Source: the human T2T-CHM13v2.0 reference genome, Homo sapiens
DNA: 64,000 nt
Direction: 5' to 3' (one strand)
Assembly (NCBI RefSeq): GCF_009914755.1
Contig: NC_060932.1
The stretch's first letter is position 1; every line of letters begins with the position of its first letter. The notes under the pieces were generated by a model. That model ran no database searches. It was not told where the DNA came from and saw only the letters and a program-made list of their open reading frames with translations. The translations under genes were made by a program, and so were the position numbers. Positions 54,081 to 64,000 of this stretch are shown here, one piece after another.

Positions 54081-54639
54081 TTAAAAATAAAAAGATACCT
54101 CACAAAAATATGCAGATCCAATACTTGCTATTCAATTTCATACACTTATTCAAAAGTTTTCATTGAAAATCAATGAAAACTTAATACTTCCACTTTTCCT
54201 AATGTCAATTAGCTGTTTCCTAATGTCAATTAACTAGAAGGTGCTGTATTTTCAAATTTTTAAAAGCACTGGAATCTCACTGAAGTGCTTCATTTTAAAG
54301 TGAAGGACTTTAGAATATGTTTAAAAATTCTGTTTCTAAGTAAGTTTCCTAAGCATGTGGAGATATGAGAATTTGTATAGGTGATATATTTGTTCCAAAA
54401 ATACAATTATATCATAATTTTAAAAACATTTGGTGTCAAAATACTTCTGTTTATTTTATGGAAAAAACCAACTTTTGTATTTTTAATTAAAATGCCATAT
54501 GAACTGACAGATAAAATGTGTGTTTTTAGGTATCCACTAGGTGGAGTAACACTAATCTAACAATACTTACCAACAAAGGTCAACAAAGTTAGAAACTCTT
54601 CCTTTTTAAGGTTTTTATTGGAAATTAACATGTACACAC

Positions 54640-55200
54640 TATGTAAGAATAATTAAATTCAAATAAATAACAGCTCTAAATGTTAGAACTAAAACTATAA
54701 ACTTCTATAAGAAAACATACAAGAAAATATTTGTGACCTTGCTTAAGGCAAACATTTACTAGATAGGATACAATAAGTATGAACCATAAAAAATAAAATT
54801 GATAAATTGGACTTAATAAAAATTGAACACTCTGGTCTTTAGAAGAACTACTATGAAAAAGGAAAAAAAAAAAAGCCCCAGACTGGGAGAAAATGTCTCC
54901 ATGAAATGTCTTGATGAAGGACATTTATATGGGATATGGAAAGAACCCTCACAAGTCAATAAGAAGACAATCAAGAGAAATCAAAATACCATAAAGAGCT
55001 ATAGGTGAATGTTTATTCAAAATAGCCAAAATCTGGGAAAAAAATACATATCCATCTATTGTTAAGTAGATAAACCGATTGCGGATAAATGTGGAAAAAC
55101 AATGGATAAACCTCTTTATAATGAAATACTGTTCAACAAGAAAAAGGAATGAGTGCTGGTACATGCAATAACATGGATGAATCTCAATAGTATTACAAAT
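54640..55200 (+). mobile_element. Old L1M ORF2/3'UTR remnant
   Basis: aaaactataaacttcta...aaaattgataaattggactt...acatgcaataacatggatgaatctc. Confidence 0.7.
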
Positions 55201-55420
55201 GATGCTAGAATGAATAACCTATATCACGCATGTAATTTTGCAGGTGTGCAAATATATATGTGTATATGTATATATGATAAATTATTTGAAGGGGGATTAC
55301 TGGGTCAGAAGACATGTGTGTTTGTCATTTTGATAGATATTTCAAAATTGCCTTCCTTAGGGGCTGTATTAATTTGCATTCCTACTAGCAGTGTAGAGGG
55401 TGCTCAAAAGAGTGTATAGA

Positions 55421-55640
55421 AGCCGAGCAATATAGTGAGACTCCGTCTGTATAAAAAATACAAACATTAGGTGACCATGGTGGCACATGCTTGTAGTCTC
55501 ATCTAGTTGAAAAGCTAAAGTGGGAGGATTGCTTGAGCCCAGGATTTCAAGGTTATAGTGAGCTATGATCATACCATTGCACTCCAGCCTGGGCAGCAGA
55601 GTGAGATGCTAGCTCAAAACAAAAAGAAAAAAAAAAAAGA
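55421..55640 (+). mobile_element. 5'-truncated AluJ
   Basis: End of left arm plus J-type right arm. TSD approximately aaaagagtgt(a/g)tagaa. Confidence 0.8.
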
Positions 55641-56682
55641 GTGTGTAGAATTTATGGATTTTTGCTAATCTGACAGGGAAATTATTTCTAAGCATATATT
55701 TAATTGGTATTTCTGTTTAAATAGAAGCTCTAATATGTTACCTAGTACTCTAATTGATCATCTCACAGATCTCCTCAAATACATTACTTACTATACTACC
55801 CCAAAACTGCCACACTATTTTACACTTTTGGGCTTGGTGAACCCCTACTTATCCTTCAAAACTTTTACCATCTTTATGAAGTTTTCCTTGGCTCTTTTAG
55901 ACTGTGATAAGATTACTTTCCTATGAACTATTGTTATACTTTGTGTCTGCTGCCCTACATGTCATAGTGAATTAAAATTCCTGGTCCTCCCCAATTCCCT
56001 GTGAACACTTAGGCATATTGGAGGGTTTATCTAAGTTCCGTGAGACACGGCTGCAATTCATGCAACTCTCCATGCTCAGGAGCTAGCATGGTGTCTGGCA
56101 CAAATTAAGGCTACGATAAATGGGTACTGAACTGAAAGGAATGGTCTGTGCAGAAACAAACATGTTTCTGTAAATATGTGTGCATGAATGAATGCACATT
56201 TATAAAGGAAATTTTCTGATGAATAAATCTGCCTAACAATATAATTCTGTATCTAATAGTGATTTGTCTCAACCCTCCCACTCTTATAACTCACATTTTA
56301 AAAACGAAAATTTATGTCATTTGTTAAGTAGTTCAGTATGGTCCAGAAGTAGCTAGTAGAATGAGAGAGCCAGGCTTCTTCATTTTATGTTGAGTTCCAC
56401 CTGTTCATAATGGGCATAAATAACAAAATCATCTAAAATGCTGGTGTGGAAGGAATCTGTTACCTTTTCAGCCTCCTAGAGGCAGGGGGAAAATCCTGGT
56501 AGCACTATAAAACAAGATCTGGGGCAAGAGATAATGTGCGGCAGATATTCCAAAGTGAATGCAGGTGTCCTGAAATGTGTCACTCAGAGAAGCATGTCTG
56601 CTCTCCTTGTATTCTAAGGACATTATAGAAAGCCCTTTTGGAGAAGAGCAAGCTGGTCAACACGTCATTTGGGTCATGCAGA

Positions 56683-56755
56683 TAGTGTAACACTTTCTGT
56701 AATGCCCTTAGAATGCTGTCTGTATTCTAAGGGCATTATAGAAAGCATTACACTA
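56683..56755. repeat. 32-bp-arm inverted repeat (hairpin), with a third direct copy of the arm at 56608-56633
   Basis: tagtgtaacactttctgtaatgcccttagaat / gctgtctgt / attctaagggcattatagaaagcattacacta. Confidence 0.9.
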
Positions 56756-56917
56756 CAAATCCTTCACCTGTACCAAGCACATATCCATAAACCGCCCCAG
56801 ATCTAAAGGACCAAGAGAACTTCTCATTATCCATTCATCAAAGAGTAGACATTTGGGCATGATGCCTGGAAATAAACCTTATATACTAATACCTCACAAA
56901 CTCAATAGGGAGGATGA

Positions 56918-57382
<465 letters not shown>

Positions 57383-58838
57383 TATTTAGCAAATATTTTT
57401 AAAATAACTATGTGTTGGACATTACATTAGGTAATCTGGACAAAAAGTTGAATAAGGTATCATGTCTGCCCTAAAGAAGCATAGAATGTAATTCTGAGGA
57501 TGAGACAGTGGTAACATCACATATTTCTACAATGCTTTTCAGTTTACAAAGAACTTTACATTGTAAATTCACACATTGTGAATTCACCTCTTTGCCCCCC
57601 TTTCTATGCTACCGGAATGTAAAGGCCATCAGCAAAATACAAAGTACTATGGAGGATCAAAAGAAAGAGATTCCTTGTGGTTGAGTAGTAGGAGTGGGGT
57701 AAGAAGTGAATACTTCATGGGGAAGGAAGCATTTTAGGTGAGCTTTGAAAGGTGAACATGTTTCAGTACACAATGATTGGTGGCAATGGTTCTATGAAAC
57801 AACTTGTGCATAGACACAAAGTCAAGAGAAGATATGTATGTGAACTGGGGATTAGTGACTAGATTAAGAAAGGGAAGAATTTAGCAGAAGCATGAGGAAA
57901 ATTATTTGGCTGGAAAAGTAGAAGAAGATAAGTCTAGAAATTTAGATTCAGGAATGTTCAGCTTAACTCATCCAGACTCGGGGTAGGTGAACAAATTGTG
58001 CTTTAATCTTAGGTAGGAAGATCAGGTTAGCTACAACTGAGCACCATCACAACAGGTACCCTGAGCAAAGTTGTGCCATAGGCATTTTTACCATCCTTCA
58101 AAAGAGTTCCTTATTTATTTCAAGCTACCCCTCCTAGATTAGCACCAAATTCACTTGATATTCTATATCCTCCTCCAAAAATCTTATCAAGAGTAACCTT
58201 TTCTTAATATAGTCACTAATCCTCAATTCATATACATATCTTCTTTTTCACCATTATTTCCCATGTAGCAATTGTCTCTAAATCACCAAAATTTGACTGT
58301 TCTTTTATTCATTTGCTAGTTTGTAGTTTCTGATTTTCCGTAAGGAGCAGAAAGTTTTAATAATGCAAATCTATTTTTGTAATAAAATATGATTACCTAT
58401 ACCTTAGATTATATCCTTCAATATTCTATTATATAAAGAATATGTGTCCTTTTTCTACAACCTAATGTCACACATACTTTTTTGCAATTTACCATTTATT
58501 GGACATGTAGGGTACCCCAAATTTTTGAAATGACACTGAAGAGCAGTTAAAAGTAGATGAAAATAAGTTAGTATTAAAAAGTACAATCCCTTTGTACACT
58601 AAATCTAGTTTGTTTGTGTTTTGTTTTTTCTTTTTTAAGTACAACCCGCCACAGTTAGGGGATGAGGGAGAAAAATTGGCAAAAAAATGCTTAAAGATGC
58701 ATAAAACATTACAAAACCATCCCCATGACCCAAATGACATGTTGACCAGTTTGCTTTCCTCCAAATTATTTTCAAATAGTAATGTTTCACTATGAGTACT
58801 ATACTAGCCAATGATGATATTAAAGATAAAATACCTTA

Positions 58839-59067
58839 AAATTTGTTTTTATTTTAGGTTTGGGAGTACATGTGAAGGTTTGTTACATAGGTAAACACAT
58901 GTCACAGGGGTTTGTTTTACAAATTATTTCATCACCCAGATATTAAGCCCATTACCCAATAGTTATCTTTTCTGCACCTCTCCCTCCTCCCACCCTCCTC
59001 CCTCAAGGAGGCCCCAATGTCTGTTGTTTCCTTCTTTGTGTTCATAAGTTCTTATCATTTAGCTCCC
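58839..59067 (-). mobile_element. Short 5'-truncated L1 3' end (old L1PA/PB)
   Basis: ttttaggtttgggagtacatgtgaagg...catttagctccca. TSD aaagat(a/g)aaatacctta. Confidence 0.85.
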
Positions 59068-59199
59068 AAAGATGAAATACCTTATCCTTATCTTCAAGGA
59101 GCTTTAAGGGACACAGGCAACATAAAGGATTCCCAGAATGCTCCTGATATACACAGAAAGGTATCCAATCTTGGATAAAGGATCCAGAAAGATATCCTT

Positions 59200-59642
<443 letters not shown>

Positions 59643-59696
59643 TTATTAAAAGAAATGACAAAAGCCTCCATTTTGCACCAACCTAATAGGAATATA

Positions 59697-59817
59697 GGCC
59701 CAGCACGGTGCATCATGACTGTAATCCCAGCACTTTGGGAGGCCAAGGGGGGCAGATCACGTCAGCTCAGGAATTCGAGACCAGCCTGGGCAACATGGTG
59801 AAACCCTGGCTCTACAA

Positions 59818-59852
<35 letters not shown>

Positions 59853-60030
59853 AAATAAATTAGTCGGGTGTGGTAGTGCATGCTTGTAGTCCCAGCTCCT
59901 CGAGAGGCCAAGGTGGGAGGATCCCTTGAGCCTGGGAGGCCGAGGTTACAGTGAGCCAACCAAGACCATGCCATGGCACTCCAGCCTGAGTGACAAAGTG
60001 AGATCCAGTCTTAAAAAGAAAAAAGAAAAT
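59697..60030 (+). mobile_element. AluJ with (AAAT)n-expanded linker
   Basis: Dimeric Alu. TSD approximately taggaatata. Confidence 0.88.
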
Positions 60031-60790
60031 TTTAATTTGAAGAAAAAAAGTAGGAATATATATGTATGTGAGTTGATAGTAGCTAGGAGGAAGAACATGA
60101 GAAGACAAGTTTACAGAGTGGGTGTGCTCAACACAGGTACTATAGAGCAAGGAAAAATTATAATTTTCATTTATTTTTAGTTCCTATTTTTAGGAACTAA
60201 ATGTCTTCTTATGATATAATCTATATTACACCTAACATTAGTACAATAATACAAATATGTAAATTACAAAAACTAAATTAGGCTACATTGAATCCTCAAA
60301 ATTGTTTTTCTGGTTATGGATATGGGTTCAATGAAATTTGAAGACAACTACTCTAAGAGGAACCATAAAGGGTTTTAAGTGGGAAAGTATGTGAACAAGA
60401 TCTGAAACCTCAGCAACAGGGTGGAGAAATGCTGATGGCTGAAAAGCAGTCCGGAGATACGAGTCAAAGTGAGAAATAATGAAAAGTGGAACTCAAGAAA
60501 TAGCAATGGGAGTGGTGAGAAAGCGACATATTGGAGTGATACTTAGAAGTAAAATAGAGCAGGCTTAGTAAATTAGTACTTTGTGGAATGCAGAAAAAAA
60601 AGAACAGAAAGAAGAGGATGGATCTCGAGGATGGATCTCACATGAACAATGACAATCAAATGTCAAGAATAAATAAATTCAAGCAGAATAAATCATTTCA
60701 GCAACATTACAGGATGCATACCCTTGTAAAGGCCACCATTTATATTAGTTTAGTGGAAGAAAGCATTTTAAGTTCTAAATTGCCAACCTA

Positions 60791-60954
<164 letters not shown>

Positions 60955-60958
<4 letters not shown>

Positions 60959-61409
60959 TATATATTATATATATTTTATATTTTATAAATATATATTATA
61001 TATATTTTATATTTTATAAATATATATTATATATATTTTATAAATATATATTATATATATTTTATAAATATATATTATATATATTTTATAAATATATATT
61101 ATATATATTTTATAAATATATATTATATATATTTTATAAATATATATTATATATATTTTATAAATATATATAATATATATTTTATAAATACATATTATAT
61201 ATATTATATTTTATAAATACATATTATATATTTTATATTTTATAAATACATATTATATATATTTTATATTTTATAAATATATATTATATATATTTTATAT
61301 TTTATAAATATATATTATATATATTTTATATTTTATAAATATATATTATATATATTTTATAAAGATGTATATGTTATATATATTTTATAAATATATATAT
61401 TATATATAT
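60955..61409. repeat. AT-only minisatellite (24- and 31-bp units)
   Basis: Units tatatattatatatattttataaa (24 bp) and tatatattatatatattttatattttataaa (31 bp). Confidence 0.95.
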
Positions 61410-61687
61410 GTTGGATACCGTTAACCCAGAAGTAGAACAAATTATCATATTCTGATTGAAAGAAACATTTGAAATGTAATGACTTCCAGTGGAAGTGGTT
61501 TAAAAAGCTCTAAATTCATTTCTACTTGTAAACACCATCCATTGTTGTAAAAGATAGTGACATAATTACAAGAGTACCCAGTCTTTCTAAAAGCTCAGCG
61601 AACCCCATCTGGAAACCGTGTAAAGCTACAGATAATGTCTAGTGATAGGCACAGGGTGTAGGAGTGCAAATATTTTTACTCTGAAAC

Positions 61688-62399
61688 TGCAAGGCTTTTG
61701 TGTCGGTTCGAACCTGAGAGCAAGCCAACAAACAACACAAGGCAGTGTGGAGCAACACGCTGTTTTTTTTTTTGTTTGGTTGGTTGGTTTTTTGAGACGG
61801 AGTCTCGCTCTGTCACCAGGCTGGAGTGCAGTGGCCCGATCTAGACTCATTGCAACCTCCGTCTCCCGGGTTCAAGCGATTCTCCTGCCTCAGCCTGCTG
61901 AGCAACTGAGACTATATGCGCGCGCCACCACGCCCAGCTAATTTTTTTTTTTTCTGTATTTTTAGTAGAGACGGGGTTTCACCATGTTGGCCAGGATGGT
62001 CTTGATCTCTTGACCTTTTGATCTGCCCGCCTCGGCTTCCAAAGTGCTGGGATTACAGGCGTGAGCCACCGCGCCTGGCCAGCACGCTGTTTTAATGAGT
62101 GCCTGGGTGCGGGAGGGCTGAGACCTAAAATCACATCAGTATCCAATGAGGATGGGGCTGGGGTTTCACAGTTTCCTGTAAACAGGAAGTGTCTCAGTCT
62201 GATGTAAATGCTACGCGGTACCCGGAAGGCCTCTCTTCAGGGGGTATGTGTCTTCCGCCAGCTCTCTTCTATCTGCTTCCGCTATCTTGCTGAGACACGC
62301 TGCTGGCGCCAAGTGGTCTTGCGGCTTGGGACTGGGCCTGAGAAGGGAGGAGTTATTCATTCCCTTAAGCTTTCAGGCCCCGGAGGGGGGAATCTTTCA
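61688..62399 (-). mobile_element. Solo LTR, LTR18A/B-like (ERVL), Alu-interrupted
   Basis: Minus strand begins TGAAAGATTCCCCCCTCCGGGGCCTGAAAGCTTAAGGGAATGAATAACTCC. 5-bp TSD gaaac on both sides. Confidence 0.75.
61763..62080 (-). mobile_element. AluSc inside the LTR
   Basis: Antisense Alu. TSD cacgctgtttt. Confidence 0.9.
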
Positions 62400-62599
62400 G
62401 AAACTTTCATTGCAAGTTAATTTGGAACATTTTGATAGAATGCTATTTTAAATAATTACTACACTTTTCTCCCTGTTTTATACCTAAATATGGAATTTAC
62501 CTTATTTTGCAGCCAACTTGCCTAGAAAAGAAATAATATAATAAAAATCTAAAAACTTTTTTGAGCCCTACCCACTAATATTCTTCCCTTTGCCCTCTG

Positions 62600-62930
62600 T
62601 GCTCTACCCCTACTGATTCTATCCTCTCAATTCTGAAACGTGTTCTTCCCTCCCTTCCCTCTACTACTCTTCTCCCCCTGCATTTTGCCTTGGGTATTCT
62701 TATTTTTCATGTTTCAGCTTAAAATTACTAATTTTCTCAAGAAGGCACTTACCATACCATTATAAGGTTTAAACGCTTTTGCCACATGCTCCCATGTACT
62801 TCCTTTTGCTAACATTTATTTGACTTGTAATTATTTTTTACTACCTGCCTCCCACTGGACTATAATCATAACTTGGGCAAGGACACTGCCTGGCACATAA
62901 GGGGCATGTAGTAAATATTAAATAAATTAA
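62600..62930 (+). mobile_element. L2 3' fragment
   Basis: ctgcctcccactggactat...ggcaaggacactgcctggcacataag...taaatattaaataaat. Confidence 0.55.
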
Positions 62931-63075
62931 ATTGAGCTTTATATGTTGAACATATAAAACAGGCATATTAGGCCAGAATCTCCATCTACAAACTCAGACG
63001 CAAGAAATATAACTTGATTTCTACAATTCCACTTTATTTCTATTTCACGGCATCCTTTTACAAGGCTGGTAGAAA

Positions 63076-64000
63076 TGAGAGGTGACAGCCTGCTGGCAGT
63101 CCTCACAGCCCTCGCTCGCTCTGGGCACCTGCTCTGCCTGGGCTCCCACTTTGGCGGCACTTGAGGAGCCCTTCAGTCCACGGCTGCACTGTGGGAGCCC
63201 CTTTCTGGGCTGGCCAAGGCCAGAGCCGGCTCCCTCAGCTTGCAGGGAGGTGTGGAGGGAGAGGCGCCAGCGGGAACCGGGGCTGAGCGAGGCGCTTGCG
63301 GGCCAGCTGGAGTTCCGGGTGGGCGGGGGCTTGGCGGACCCCGCACTCGGAGCAGCTGGCCTGCCCTGCCAGCCCTGGGCAATGAGGGGATTAGCACCCA
63401 GGCCAGCGGCCCACCAGCGCTGCACTCGATTTCTCACCGGGCCTTAGCTGCCTTCCCTCAGGGCAGGCCTCGGGACCTGCAGCCCGCCATGCCTGAGCCT
63501 CCCACCCCCTCCATGGGCTCCTGTGCTGCCCGAGCCTCCCCAACGAGCGCCACCCCCTGCTCCACGGCACCCAGTCCCATCCACCACTCAAGGGCTGAGG
63601 AGTGCGGGCACACAGCACTGGGACTGGCAGGCAGCTCCACCTGCAGCCCCGGTGCGGGATCCACTGGGTGAAGCCAGCTGGGCTCCTGAGTCTGGTGGGG
63701 ACGTGGAGAACCTTTATGTCTAGCTCAGGGATCGTAAATACACCAATCAGCACCCTGTGTCTAGCTCAGGGTTTGTGAATGCACCAATGGACGCTCTGTA
63801 TCTAGCTACTCTGGTGGGGTCTTGGAAAACCTTTGTGTCCACACTCTATATCTAGTTAATCTAGTGGGGACGTGGAGAACCTTTGTGTCTAGCTCATGGA
63901 TTGTAAATGCACCAATCAGCACCCTGTCAAAACAGACCACTGCGCTCTACCAATCAGCAGGATGTGGGTGGGGCCAGATAAGAGAATAAAAGCAGGCTGC
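63076..64000 (+). mobile_element. LTR12 (LTR12C-like, HERV9) U3 region, runs off the window
   Basis: Starts TGAGAGGTGACAGC...; GC-rich U3; tandem caccaatc(agc)/tctagct repeats; ends ccagataagagaataaaagcaggctgc. Confidence 0.92.

Noticed and set aside
54195-54232. Small tandem duplications (tttcctaatgtcaatta x2; similar at 13684, 31709, 57558)
   Set aside because: Ordinary slippage duplications with no further structure.
62939-63753. Overlapping 120-143 aa ORFs at the right end
   Set aside because: They come from the GC-rich LTR12 U3 sequence and show no protein-family signature.
63690-63960. Spaced ~40-bp repeats resembling a CRISPR-like array
   Set aside because: These are the normal LTR12 tandem CCAAT/enhancer repeats. 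The context is eukaryotic and there are no cas genes or unique spacers.

Overview
Human-like genomic DNA containing the 5' part of TTPA (alpha-tocopherol transfer protein, the AVED gene) on the minus strand. Coding exons 1-4 are present (22591-22388, 9658-9505, 2669-2476, 888-778). All splice sites are canonical GT-AG, and the exons join in frame to give residues 1-221; exon 5 lies left of the window. The CpG-island promoter is at about 22.2-22.8 kb. The ~41 kb upstream is repeat-dense and contains no other recognisable gene. Repeats include a full-length but broken L1PA6-like element antisense in intron 1, more than 30 Alus (one AluYa5, one AluYd-type), a near full-length HSMAR2 mariner, ERVL pol remnants, a MER61-like LTR with PBS and internal sequence, LTR18- and LTR12-family LTRs, a 3'-truncated U3 snoRNA retrocopy, STRs and an AT-rich minisatellite. 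I cannot demonstrate a new biological system here. The best leads are: (i) an L1 antisense-promoter splice donor preceded by ATG-AAC-CAG that would join TTPA exon 2 in frame; (ii) a 73-nt hairpin with a third copy of its arm; (iii) a locally templated ~260-bp insertion with a fold-back junction; (iv) two direct L1s bracketing exon 1 that share apparently non-consensus variants. Repeat subfamily names come from recalled consensus sequences and need RepeatMasker/Dfam confirmation. Boundaries of old repeats are approximate.
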